DNA from: an uncultured Methanomassiliicoccales archaeon
GTDB lineage: Archaea; Thermoplasmatota; Thermoplasmata; Methanomassiliicoccales; UBA472
DNA: 64,000 bases
Reading direction: 5' to 3'
Assembly: GCA_963695345.1 (NCBI GenBank)
Contig: OY968769.1
Span: forward strand, 512,001 to 576,000
Part shown: positions 31,737 to 42,776 of the stretch, piece by piece
Numbering within the stretch: the stretch's first letter is position 1
Layout of the letters: every line of letters begins with the position of its first letter
Position numbers and translations under genes: made by a program
The notes under the pieces: model-generated
Databases searched by the model: none
What the model was told of the DNA's origin: nothing
What the model saw: only the letters and a program-made list of their open reading frames with translations

Positions 31737-31942
31737 AATAGATTTATTCATTATCCAAAGCGGTAGATGAGGGTCTCACCGGGCGATATCCTTCATTGAC
31801 ATACCATGCAATAGCGGATTCCCCTGGAACCGTTTCCGTTCATGTGGTGCATATCATTCAAGGGAGTGCCCCTTGCGCGGCAGGTCAGAAAAAAAGGGAT
31901 AAAAAGAATGGGTTGAAATGGGTTTCAGGGACCGAGTTGGCC

Positions 31943-33056
31943 TCAATCCTTGCCGATGGCCGCGACCACCGCATCGCCCATCTCTGCCGTCGTCGCCTTG
32001 CCGCCGAGGTCCTGGGTATAGACACCCTGGTCCAGGGCGGTCCTGACGGCCTTGAAGATGACGTCGCCCAGGTCCCTGCGGCCCAGGTTGTCCAGCATCA
32101 GCTTGGCGGCCAGTATGGTGGCTATCGGGTTGATCCGGTTCATGCCCTTGTACTTCGGGGCACTGCCATGCACCGGCTCGAACATGGAGATACCGTTGGG
32201 GTTGATGTTGCCGCCTGGTGCCAGGCCCAATCCGCCGGTGACCTCGGCGAGCAGGTCGGTGATGATGTCGCCGAACATGTTCGGGGCGGCGATGACCCGG
32301 AACTTGTCCGGGTTCTTCACCAGCGCCATGGTCATGGCGTCGACGTACATGTAGCTCAGTTCCACATTGGCCTGCTTGCACTTCTCGGCCCAGACGTCAC
32401 GCCACAGGCCGTAGATGTTGCTGCACACGTTCGCCTTGTCGATGACGGTGATCTTCTTCTCACCGATCATCTTGCAGTAGGTCAGATTGAAATCGGCGAA
32501 ACGCTCGATGTTCTTGCGGGACATCATCCCGATCTCGAAGGCGAACTCGTCCTTGGCGTCCGCATCGGCCTGGAGCTGCACCCTCATGTCATAGAGGTTC
32601 CTCTTGATCTGCAAGTTCAGCTTTCCATGGCCTTCCTGGACCCGGCCGCCGGCTCCGACGTAGTAGTCCTCGGTGTTCTCCCGGAACACGTCGATGTTGA
32701 AGTCCATGTCCCGCTTCAGACGGCCGAATGGCTTCCACAGCGGGGCCGGACGGTGGTTGATGAACTGGTCGAACTGGAATCGGAGCGCCAGGAGTATACC
32801 TTTCTCCAGGACGCCCGGCTTGACCCGATCGTCGCCGACGGCGCCGAGATAGATGGTGTCGAACTTCTTCAACTGCTCGACGTCCTCGGTGGTGAGCAGC
32901 TTGCCCGGTCCGCAGGTATCTCTCGGAGTTGATGTCCATCTCCTGGAAGTCGAACTGCACCGAGTAGTTCTCGGACAGTTTCCGCAGCACCTTCATTCCC
33001 TCGTTCACTACCTCTGGTCCGATGCCATCGCCTGGCAGTACGGCTACTTTGAACAT
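31943..33056 (-). CDS. leuB: 3-isopropylmalate dehydrogenase family protein (frameshift near 32900)
   Basis: [41 protein letters not shown]. Confidence 0.9.
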
Positions 33057-33544
33057 TTCTTTTCCTCCTTTATCTTGGCCATCAGGCCGCCCTTTTCGAT
33101 CAGGTCCTGCACGAACGGCGGGAATGGATCGAACTTCCACTGTCTGCTTCTGGGTCTCGTTGCTGATCGTCCCGATGATCGAAATCGACCGACAGGATGT
33201 CTCCTTCCTCCGCCTCGATCTTGCATTGGTCACCGGGAGCAGACCCACATTGATGGAGTTTCGGTAGAATATCCTGGCGTAGCTCTCGGCCACGACACAG
33301 GAGATGCCCATCTGCAGCAGCGCCCGGGGGGCGTGCTCACGGCTAGAACCGCTGCCGAAGTTGCGTCCGGCCACGATGACGTCGCCCTTCCTCACCATCT
33401 GTCGCCATGCCCGGCCTTACCTTCTCGAAGGCGAACGTCCCCAGACTTGTCGTTGTTGTCGCTGGTCAGGCGCTCCGCCGGTATTATCTGGTCTGTGTCC
33501 ACGTGATCCCCGAACAGCCAGACCTTGCCTTTGACTTTCTGCAT
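33044..33544 (-). CDS. leuD: 3-isopropylmalate dehydratase small subunit (frameshifted)
   Basis: [36 protein letters not shown]. Confidence 0.92.
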
Positions 33545-33549
33545 ATTGA

Positions 33550-34820
33550 TCACTCATCCTTGACATCTGAGGGCAGGGATATCTTCCCGGTCAGCGCGCT
33601 GGCCGCTACCACGGCCGGTCCGGCGAGATATACCTCGGACTCCTTGTGGCCCATGCGGCCGATGAAGTTGCGGTTGGTGGTGCTGACGCACCTCTCACCC
33701 TTTGCCAGTACTCCCATGTGCCCGCCCAGGCAGGCGGCGCAGGTCGGTCCGGAGACGAATGCGCCGGCGTCCACGAATACCTTCAGCAGTCCCTCTTCCA
33801 TCGCCTGCTTGAACACCTTGACGCTGGCGGGTACGACGATCATGCGTACCCCGGCTTTGACCTTCCTGCCCTTCATTATCTCGGCGGCGATCCTCAGGTC
33901 CTCGATCCTCCCGTTGGTGCATGAGCCCAGGAAGGCCTGGTCGATCGTCCACGTCGACATCCTTGACCAGCCTACCGTTGGAGGGCAGGTGGGGCAGGGC
34001 GACCATCGGTTCCAGTTTCGAAAGGTCATATTCCAGCGTCCGCGAGTATTTGGCCCCGTCGTCGGCGTACACCGCCTTGAAACCTTCCCGGCGGGAAGCC
34101 TTCATGAACGCGATGGTGGCGGCGTCGCAGGGGAATATCCCGGCCTTCCCGCCCGCCTCGATGGCCATGTTGCATATCGTCATGCGGTCCGAGACGCTGA
34201 CCGCGGATATCCCGGAACCTCCGAACTCCAACGTCTTGTAGGTCGCCCCGTCCACCCCGATGTCGGATATGATCTTCAGTATCAGGTCCTTGCCGCCAAC
34301 GTACTGGTTGAAACGACCCTTGAGCAGGATGTGCACCGATTCCGGCACCTTGAACCACAGCCTTGCCGGTGGCGAACACCGCCGCCGCCTCGCTCGAACC
34401 CACCCCGGTGGAGAAGGCGTTCAGCGCCCCGTAGGTGCAGGTGTGGGAATCGGCCCCGACGATCAGGCGGCCGGGGGCGGCGAACCCTTCGTCCACCATC
34501 ACCTGGTGGCATACGCCGCCCCGTCCGACCTCGTAGTAGTTGTCTATCCTCCATTTCTGGGCGAACTCGCGCATCTCCTTGGCCTGCTGGGCCGAGGCGA
34601 TGTCCTTGTTCGGGACGAAGTGGTCCGGGATAAGCACGATCTTTTCCCGCATCGGCTCGCAGCCCAGTCCCTCGAACTCCTGGAAGGCCAGGGGACCGGT
34701 CACGTCGTTGACCATGACGTAGTCCACGTCCGCCTCTACGATCTCGCCCGCGTGGGCGTCCGTCCCGGACTTCAAGGACATTATCTTCTCTGAAATGGTC
34801 TTCGGATCCTTGCCGCTCAT
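33550..34820 (-). CDS. leuC: 3-isopropylmalate dehydratase large subunit (frameshifted)
   Basis: [47 protein letters not shown]. Confidence 0.93.
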
Positions 34821-34833
34821 CTTGTTTCCTCCA

Positions 34834-36439
34834 TCATGCGCCCTTGCGGGCATAAAGCCGGTCTATGGCCTCCATGGTGGCCTCGACCGATGTGAGTACG
34901 ATGTCCGTTCCGATGCTCTTGCCGATGGACATGATACTTCCCTCCCCGTTCATCCTCAGCTTCACGGTCACCTCGCACAGCGAGTCGCTCCCTCCGGTGA
35001 TGGCGCTGAGACGGTACTCGACCAGGGTCAGTTTGTCGCTGACGGCGCTCTTTATGGCGTTCAGCGCGGCGTCCACCGGTCCGATGCCGATGTTGGAGCT
35101 CCTGCGAATGTCCCCGTCGATGTCGATCACGACCGTCGATGTGGGGGTGATGTTCATCCCGGTAAGCACGGTGAACTCCTTGAGCTTTATCTTGTGCTCA
35201 TCCCTCGGCCGGTCTGACCGAGGATGTGCGATGCCAGCGCCACCAGTTCGGCGTCATCCACGTTCTTACCGCTCTCGGCCAGCTTCTTTACCTTGTCTAC
35301 CACCTCGGCGACCTTTTCGTCCGAGATGTCGATGCCGTACTCCTTGAGCTTCTGCTTGATCGAGTGGGCCCCGCTGTGCTTCCCCAGCACTATGGTGCGC
35401 TGCATCCCGACCAGCTCCGGGCTGAACGCCTCGTAGGTGGAAGGGTCCTTGAGCACGCCATGCACATGTATCCCGGACTCGTGGGCGAAGGCGTTGTTCC
35501 CGACTATGGGCTTGTTGTCCGGGACTGGGATGCCAGTGATCCGGGAGACCAGCTTGGACGTGTATCCGATGCGCTTGGTGTCGACGTTCGTCGGAACGTT
35601 GTAGAAGGCCATCAGGCCGAGGACGACCTCCTCCAGGGCGGCGTTGCCCGCCCTTTCCCCCAGTCCGTTTACGCATACGTGCACCTGCCTGGCGCCCTGA
35701 CGCACCGCGGCCAGGGAGTTCGCTACTGCCAGGCCGAAGTCGTCATGGCAATGGATGGCCAGGGGCACCTTGGTGAACTTCATCACCTCGCGACACCAGG
35801 TATTCCATGGCCGACGGGGACATCGTGCCGACGGTGTCCGGCAGGTTGATCTTGTCCACGCCGGCCTCCTGCACGGCGATGTGCATCTGCTTGAGGAAAT
35901 CCAGGTCCGTCCTGGTCCCGTCCTCGCATGACATCTCCACGGTCAGACCGTGGGACTTGGCATACTCGACCGTCTCCACCGCCCTGGCCAGCACCTGCTC
36001 CCGGGTCATCTTGAGCTTGTGCTTCAGGTGGATGTCGGATGTGGCGATGAAGGTGTGCACGTAGTCGAGCCCGCAGTCCAGTACCGAATCGATGTCGGCC
36101 TTGGTAGATCGGGCCAGGCCGCATACCCGAGCGTTCGAGCTTGAGGGCCGCGATCTTCTTTATCGCCTCCCGTTCCCCGGCCGAGGTTATCGGGAATCCT
36201 GCCTCTATGACGTCGACCCCGAGGTCGCTCAGCGCCGAAGCTATCTTCACCTTGTCTTCGATCGAGAGCGCGATGCCCGGGGTCTGTTCTCCGTCCCGGA
36301 GGGTGGTGTCGAAGATCAGGACCTTCTTCGGCAACGAACCGGACAGTGCAAAGCTGTTGAACTGGCTGGTGTATATGCTCTTCCGGTATTCCTTGTTGTC
36401 TTCCGAGTTCTGACTATCGTTCGTTCGAAGGTCGTCCAT
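34834..36439 (-). CDS. leuA: 2-isopropylmalate synthase (LeuA/CimA family; frameshifted)
   Basis: [43 protein letters not shown]-terminal regulatory domain GPVDAAL. Confidence 0.9.
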
Positions 36440-36481
36440 TATAACCACCTCTGAAGGATTGGGTCGCAGCAATGGGTCGCA

Positions 36482-36526
36482 CTAGAGACGCAAAAGACAG
36501 TAGATACTGTTGTTGATAGCGCTCAT
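36482..36526 (-). CDS. Putative leu operon leader peptide MSAINNSIYCLLRL
   Basis: ATGAGCGCTATCAACAACAGTATCTACTGTCTTTTGCGTCTCTAG lies between the TATA (TTATATATAA near 36570) and the leuA SD. Confidence 0.55.
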   Translation of the reverse strand: MSAINNSIYCLLRL

Positions 36527-36681
36527 TACTGTTCCTTACCTTTCGGGATAGTCAGTAACCTTCGTATTATATATAATTCTTGTCGGACAAAAAATGGCAC
36601 CGGATCTAGCGCCCGATGGCACGTACTCTGTCCTCGTACCATATTTGGAAGCGGCGAGGTTCCGGCAATAGGAGGTACGGC

Positions 36682-37311
36682 TCAGACTCCCCGCCTGTCG
36701 CCCCAGATCAGCTTGTGCAGCTGCGGCAGGACCCTCACGTTCAGCTTCTTCTTGAGCACGAAATCGGCGACCGGTTCGAGGTCCAATCCCCCCACCGGTG
36801 TGAAGATGACGGTGCATTCGATCTTGTTGTCCTTCAACATCTTGGCCGCGTACATCATGTCTTCCCGGTTGGCCACGACGAACTTCAGCTGGTCGAGGGG
36901 GGATAGGAGTTCCAGATTGGTCAGGTCCATCTGTTCCGCCATTCCCGACGACGGGCATTTGATGTCCATGCTGATCATCATGTTCATCGAGCAGGGCAGG
37001 TCCTCGAGCGAGATCGAACCGTTCGTCTCCACCGAAACATGATGCCCGGCCTTTAGCAGCTCGTCGATGAGTTTCACCGATTCCTTCTGATACAGAGGTT
37101 CCCCGCCGGTCACGCAGACATGGTGGATCTCGAATTCCTTGACCCTGTCCAGTATTTCGGCTACGGACATCTCATCCCCATCCTTCTTGGAATAGGGGGT
37201 GTCGCACCACGCACATTCGAGATTGCAGCCAGCGGTCCGCACGAATACCGTCGGTGTGCCTATCAGCGTGCCTTCGCCCTGAAGCGAACGGAAAATCTCA
37301 CATATTTTCAT
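36682..37311 (-). CDS. queE: 7-carboxy-7-deazaguanine synthase (radical SAM)
   Basis: EIFRSLQGEG, FVRTAGCNLECAWCDT, TGGEP, ETNG, LPQLHK. Confidence 0.93.
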   Translation of the reverse strand: MKICEIFRSLQGEGTLIGTPTVFVRTAGCNLECAWCDTPYSKKDGDEMSVAEILDRVKEFEIHHVCVTGGEPLYQKESVKLIDELLKAGHHVSVETNGSISLEDLPCSMNMMISMDIKCPSSGMAEQMDLTNLELLSPLDQLKFVVANREDMMYAAKMLKDNKIECTVIFTPVGGLDLEPVADFVLKKKLNVRVLPQLHKLIWGDRRGV

Positions 37312-37317
37312 GAATGA

Positions 37318-37994
37318 TCACTCGTAATCGATCTCGTCCTTGAATCCGGCATCCTCGAAGCCCTTGAGCCTGAGGAGGCAGGAATCGCACCTGCCGCATG
37401 CCTTTTCCCCGCCCTGGTAGCAGCTCCAGGTCAAGTGCAGCGGTGCATTCGAGCTTCTTGCCCAGTCGGACGATTTCCGCCTTGGTCGAACGCAATATCG
37501 GATGCTCGATCGATCGTCGGAAAGCCCTCGACGCCCGCCTTGGTCCCGACCTTGAGGACCGTTCTCGAAGGCCCGGAAGAACTCCGGCCGGCAGTCCGGG
37601 TAGCCGGAATAGTCGATGGCGTTAGCGCCGATGAATATCCTGTCCGCGTCCACGCTCTCCGCCAGACCGGCCGCGATGCTCAGGAAGATTATGTTCCTCG
37701 CCGGAACATAGGTTACCGGAATGTCGTAACCGATATCCGCCGGTCGAACCTCTTTCCGGGACCGTGATGTCGCTTCTGGTCAGCGCGCTGCGGAAACTGC
37801 TCAGGTCGAGGTCCAGGACCACGTGGTGCTTCAGACCGTAGTGCTTGACCACCGCCCTGGCCGCATCCAGTTCCCGTACATGCCTCTGGCCATAACTGAT
37901 GGTCAAGGGGACGACGTCATATCCTTCCGAGAGGGCATATGCCAGCGTCACCGTGGAATCCAGCCCGCCGGACAGCAAGTGAGACCGCTTTCAT
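37318..37994 (-). CDS. queC: 7-cyano-7-deazaguanine synthase (frameshifted)
   Basis: LSGGLDS, YGQRH, YVPARN, DYSGYPDCRPEF, TWSCY..CGRCDSC. Confidence 0.93.
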
Positions 37995-38487
37995 TTAGTA
38001 TCACCGAGAAATCGTGTGTGGCCCAGGCGCTCTGCCCCAGTTCCTCGTCTATGCCCACCTCGAGGCGGGAGACGTTCTCCGGGAAATCGACCTGTTCCAG
38101 CAATCGTAACAAGAACAGACGTGACAGCTCTTCCGCGCTGGACTCCTCCGTGTCCAGCAGGACGACGTCCTCGGCCGGGAAAACATATCGTCTTGTGGTC
38201 CGCCTTGACGAAGACCTCGTCGCCCGACGGAGACGGTGATCCGCTTCGAGTTCGCCGGTATCAGTACACGATGGTCCAGATCGTCGGCTATGTTCGCGGA
38301 GGGCCTTCTTCAGCGGAACGAAGTCCATGACCATTCCGTGCTCGCCGATGGAGCCGTGCAGCTTGATGCTGACGACGTATGAGTGCCCGTGGAGCCGACC
38401 GCATTTCTCGTGACCGGCTATGAAATGGCAGGCGGAGAACTTGACGCCCGCGTGCTCACCATCTATCTCGAGACGCATTTTATCCAT
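37990..38487 (-). CDS. queD: 6-carboxytetrahydropterin synthase (frameshifted; 3' end approximate)
   Basis: FSACHF, CGRLHGHSY, MVMDF, SSAEEL, IDEELGQSA. Confidence 0.88.
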
Positions 38488-38543
38488 TCTCTATTCCCTC
38501 CTTGCCTATTAGCCTTTTCTTGTCCGCCGCGCGCCCACCGGGA

Positions 38544-39332
38544 TTACCGCCAGGATGTCCTGCGCTTGGCCGACGGGTCGCCAAGCAATGCCGATGCCAG
38601 CGCGATGGAGTCCACGAAGGACACCTTCGCCCGGGAGGTGTCGACGAACACCTTGTCCAGGTTGACGATAGGCGCCCCCATCGACCTGCCGCCGTCCACC
38701 AGGTGCATGGTCCTGAAGATCAGATTGCCGGAGATGCCGTCCGGCGCGATGAGGAAGTTCTTGTTCTTGACCGCCTCTTCGATCAATGATCTCGCAGTGG
38801 ACTACGTCGAGGCCCTGGGCCCGGCCGATCCTGGCGACCTCCTCCGCGTCATCGATGGAACGGTCCACCATCGGCGACCTTCCCTTGTCCGATATCCTGC
38901 CTCCGGACATCACACCTATTGCCGGAACGATCCCCATCCTGCGGATCATCTTGGAGCCCAACTGCATGATCTCGACCTTCTGCTCGACGGTCCATCCCTC
39001 GTCCACCCCGACCGGGGCCAGGAAGAAGATGGAACCGCCCCGGGGCTGCATCAACGCCACCCGCAGCACATGGTCCAGACCGAAGCTCCTCTTCACCGCG
39101 GACATGGCCTCCTTGGAGTCCAGCGTGCCCCTGACGGCGGCATCGATCTCCCCTTTCTTCAAGGCCGAGCACGAGCTCCTCCGCATCGTCGAACATGCGT
39201 TGAGACGCCATACCCGCTGGCGTTGGCGATGGTAACACTGGATTCGACAGTTCTCTTCGCTGAACCTGCTCCGATGCCGATCTTCCGCTCAGTGCTTTTG
39301 GCGACCTTGAAAATGAGCTCGGGATTGACCAT
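38544..39332 (-). CDS. mtxX: Methanogenesis marker protein 4 (Mmp4/MtxX; frameshifted)
   Basis: IDAAVRGTL, FLAPVGVDEG, VMSGGR..D.GR, IAPDGISGNLIFR, VFVDTSR. Confidence 0.85.
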
Positions 39333-39411
39333 GACAGAAGGTCGATGCCTCTGGCACTATTCGATTATTTTGGTTTGGCAATGGCCTTGATGGTAACAAG
39401 CAGGGAGGACA

Positions 39412-40400
39412 TCATCCCAGGATGGTGTCCATCCGATACTGTTCCCAGGTCCGTTCTCCCAGTACGATCTCCAGTTCCATCGGGTGTGATGATCGGTTTC
39501 GGATAGCGGAGGTAGTCGTCGATGGCCAGACGAGGACAGGCGGTGGAGACGTATACGTCGGCGTGGTATGGCAGCAGATAGTCGGGACGCACCTCGTTCA
39601 TGACCACGATGTTCGAACCGAAGCCTTTGGCCCGAAGCTTGTCGCTGATGTCCAGCGCCATCGACAATCGGTTCTGGCCCATCTTCGATGAGACGATTAT
39701 GAGGTACTCCTTGGCATCATGGCACCGGGCGATCGCCCCATGGCGTTGCCGCAGTATCTTGTCCTTCAATCCTTCCAGCTCCCGGACCTCGTTCATTATC
39801 GGATCGAGGACTATGACCTGCTTGTTGGTCTCGATGGCCACTTCCAGCGGATGAAAGTTCCCGCTGCCGATGTAGAGGTACTGTTCGACCTCGTGGTCTA
39901 TGTTCGTGGCCGCGGTGACGTTGCATCCGAGCACCTGTCCCTCCCGGTTAAGCCGGCTGTCCCCCATACCAACCTTGACCGTCTTGCCGTGTTCGATGAG
40001 CCAGCGTGTCGCCTCCGGCACCTGCCTGCAGATGCTGGATGGTTGTGAATATGCCTATGCGGTCCTTGAGCCTGGGTTCGGCCTTCTCCAGCAGATCGGT
40101 GACGTTGAAGTCGAAGCCGACCTCGATGAACAGCACCCGGTCGCCGATGTTCATGGACGGTATCTCGGCATGGCCGATGTGGACCAGGACGTCGCCCAGG
40201 TTACGGTAGTCGGAGTAGACGTCACAGGCCCCGTAGCATGGGTCCCCGAGGATCAGGCACTTGGCCTTGGTCCTTGACTCGATCTCGGAGGCTATCTGCT
40301 GGGCGTAGACCTTTAGGCCCTCGGGCATCTGAAGAACGACTGACCTTGCGCCCTTTCGGGTCACGAACTTGACGATGTCGTCAAAATGAAAATCGTACAT
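39412..40400 (-). CDS. dph2: Diphthamide biosynthesis enzyme Dph2 (frameshifted)
   Basis: LQMPEGLK, PCYGACD, GQVLGC, GNFHP, STACPRLAIDD. Confidence 0.93.
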
Positions 40401-40442
40401 GGGGCGCTCCTGTTCAGAAAGAGGAGCACCCATTAAAAAGGT

Positions 40443-40961
40443 TTAGTGGATGATCACACCGTTCTGCTCGATGTGCATATAGGTCGGGGTGGGCAGCTTG
40501 ATCGAAGCGCTCCACAACGCATCCTTGGCGGCCGTGAGCGAGGTTATCGGAACCCTCACGATCATCAGGATGTCGCCGGCCTGCACACGGGCAGCGGTAC
40601 CGACCGCCTTTCCGAAAGCCGCCCTCATACCGCTCGAGACACGGTCCGCGCCTGCCCCGGTGGCGAGCTTGTTCTCGCGGAGCACATGGTGCGGGTACGG
40701 CCTTATCTTCAAATGGTATCCGGTGGCACCTGCGTTCTTGGTCAGCATCCTGTTGGCCGAGATACGGGCCGCCTCTAGCGAGGTATGCCTGATCTGGCAG
40801 GGCTCCTTGGCCTTCAGTTCGATAGTTACAGCGAAGTCACCGTTCGGGACTCCCAAGTCATAGGTATTGATACGGTTGGCAGGAACTCCACCCATGTATT
40901 CCCTGCGGCAGTATGCCTGACCTCTTATCTGACGGTACATCCTTCCGGGCTTGCGTGCCAT
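40443..40961 (-). CDS. rpl10e: 50S ribosomal protein L10e/uL16
   Basis: LEAARISANR, YPHHVLRENK, GAGADRVSSGMRAAFGK. Confidence 0.96.
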   Translation of the reverse strand: MARKPGRMYRQIRGQAYCRREYMGGVPANRINTYDLGVPNGDFAVTIELKAKEPCQIRHTSLEAARISANRMLTKNAGATGYHLKIRPYPHHVLRENKLATGAGADRVSSGMRAAFGKAVGTAARVQAGDILMIVRVPITSLTAAKDALWSASIKLPTPTYMHIEQNGVIIH

Positions 40962-41145
40962 GATTAATCACCTAAATACAGTTATAACGACGGGAAGGCT
41001 AGATTAGTGTTTTCCTATATAAGATTGATGTAATGGGAACCTGCCAGTTGACCGGAGCCCTTCGATTCTGGCGCGGGCCCACATATTACCAGAAATCCGA
41101 AAAGCATCGCAACATCAATATCCTTTCGGCGACGAATGTGCACTC

Positions 41146-41610
41146 ATGGAGACCATGCTGATGATCGGAGGGGCCGACCTCCTTCCCCGGATAGAACCGC
41201 TCTGGTGCGAGCTCAGAGACCTGCATTCCTCAAAATCCGCCCATTTCTCAGACAGGGCAATGGACATGGAATTCGAATCCCGAAGACTGGATCTGTTGGA
41301 GAAATCTGTTGGGGGCCATATCCTGGTCCAGATCATGTGCCTCAATGGCGAATCAGAGACTAAGGATGTTGGCTATTGCATTTCCACCGTCGGCCTCAAC
41401 GGAATAGCGGAGATCGATTCGATCTACGTGGCGGAAGGATACCGGAACAACGGCCTGGGAGGAAAATTGATCAAAGGGGCGATGGAATGGATCGATGAAC
41501 ATGACATCAAGGAGGTCCGGTCCTCGGTCGAGTGGGGCAATGAGGATGTTCTGCCGTTCTATAAACGATACGGGTTGTATCCGAAGAGCATAGTGCTTCT
41601 GAGGAGATGA
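41146..41610 (+). CDS. GNAT N-acetyltransferase
   Basis: EIDSIYVAEGYRNNGLGGKL and N.DVLPFYKRYG. Confidence 0.88.
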   Translation: METMLMIGGADLLPRIEPLWCELRDLHSSKSAHFSDRAMDMEFESRRLDLLEKSVGGHILVQIMCLNGESETKDVGYCISTVGLNGIAEIDSIYVAEGYRNNGLGGKLIKGAMEWIDEHDIKEVRSSVEWGNEDVLPFYKRYGLYPKSIVLLRR

Positions 41611-41722
41611 CCGCTTTCTGCGCAGAGTTCCCTATGAACTGCAAGGGACGGCTCTTCTTGAACAGAAGAACATTATCTCACGGTCCATCTTCCGGCCAAT
41701 AGACCACTATCGCCTTTGTCGC

Positions 41723-41866
41723 CTACCTGAACCTCAGTATCCCCATGAGAACCAGGACTATGATTGCCAGTATGACTGCCCCCAGAAGGCCGAATATAAA
41801 CCATCCGATGATGAACGCTATCACCGAACCAAGCCCGATAGCCCCCCAATTCATTGAGATTGCCAT
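41723..41866 (-). CDS. 47-aa membrane microprotein (below the ORF-track cutoff)
   Basis: MAISMNWGAIGLGSVIAFIIGWFIFGLLGAVILAIIVLVLMGILRFR, with a GGAGAT SD and TTTATAAA upstream. Confidence 0.65.
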   Translation of the reverse strand: MAISMNWGAIGLGSVIAFIIGWFIFGLLGAVILAIIVLVLMGILRFR

Positions 41867-42148
41867 TTCTTCATCTCCGGTCATCGGTGGTTGCCCTAAC
41901 TTTATAAATTTGCCCCCACGTTAGTGACGGCCCTAATTAATTTTCATGTCGTATTATAATAATATGATGCACAATTGGAGTAGAGCTAGAATCTTATCCA
42001 TTTCTACTGTCGGAACAAATGATGTATTCATCTTGAGAAGCCCCCGCCATCATGATCGTGGTATGCAAGGCCCTACTCGCCAGCGATTTAGGGCGAGGGA
42101 AAGCTATTTGACCGGCATACACTTTCGAGGCGTTTGAAGTGAATCATA

Positions 42149-42493
42149 GTGGGCAAGAGACGCATTAGTAACAAGGAAGTGAGAGGGATCGCCAAGAAGC
42201 GCATAATGATCCTGATGTCTCTGGCCCGCATCGCCGCCATCAACGGCAACATCCCCCGCGGCAGGCGATATGTCGAGCTTGCCAGGAAGATAGCCATGCG
42301 CTCGAAGGTCCAGATGCCGAGGAACGAGCTTTGGTGCAAAGAGTGCTATCTGCCGCTCATACCTGGCCGCAACTGCCGCGTCCGCCTTCGCGACCAGCGC
42401 ATTGTCGTTCATTGCCTGGGGTGCAATCATATAAGGCGAATGCCATACATCAAAGAGAAGAAGGAGACCAAGCGATGCCCAAGCGCACCATAA
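42149..42493 (+). CDS. rnp4: RNase P protein component 4 (Rpp21)
   Basis: IAKKRI..L, RRYVELARKI, CKEC..LIPG, CLGC zinc ribbon. Confidence 0.9.
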   Translation: MGKRRISNKEVRGIAKKRIMILMSLARIAAINGNIPRGRRYVELARKIAMRSKVQMPRNELWCKECYLPLIPGRNCRVRLRDQRIVVHCLGCNHIRRMPYIKEKKETKRCPSAP

Positions 42494-42765
42494 AGGAGAT
42501 TAAGCGAATAGGCGCGGACCTCAAGCCGACGATCCATGTCGGAAAGGACGGGGTCACCGACAGCCTGATCGAGGAGGTCAAGCTCCAGGTGAAGACCAGG
42601 AAGGTCGTGAAGATCCGGTTACTGCCCGCTTCCGGAGAAGAGAAGGATGTCATCGCTAAGGATATCTCAGAACGTTCGGGGGCCGTCCTGGTGGACGTCC
42701 GGGGCTCGATCGTTCTATTGACCCAGCAGGATTTCCTGAACGGGAAGGGTTACATAGACCTCTAG
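42475..42765 (+). CDS. YhbY/CRM RNA-binding protein
   Basis: LKPTIHVGKDGVTD..IEEV, VVKIR, VDVRG. Confidence 0.9.
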   Translation: MPKRTIKEIKRIGADLKPTIHVGKDGVTDSLIEEVKLQVKTRKVVKIRLLPASGEEKDVIAKDISERSGAVLVDVRGSIVLLTQQDFLNGKGYIDL

Positions 42766-42776
42766 GAAGGATTCAG

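Noticed and set aside
36682-38487. queDCE as a 7-deazaguanine DNA-modification (dpd) defence system
   Set aside because: No dpdA/tgtA5 or other dpd genes nearby; housekeeping context fits archaeosine precursor synthesis.
32880-40030. Apparent decay of leu, que, mtxX and dph2 genes
   Set aside because: Dense indel cluster across unrelated conserved genes indicates a low-quality assembly segment.
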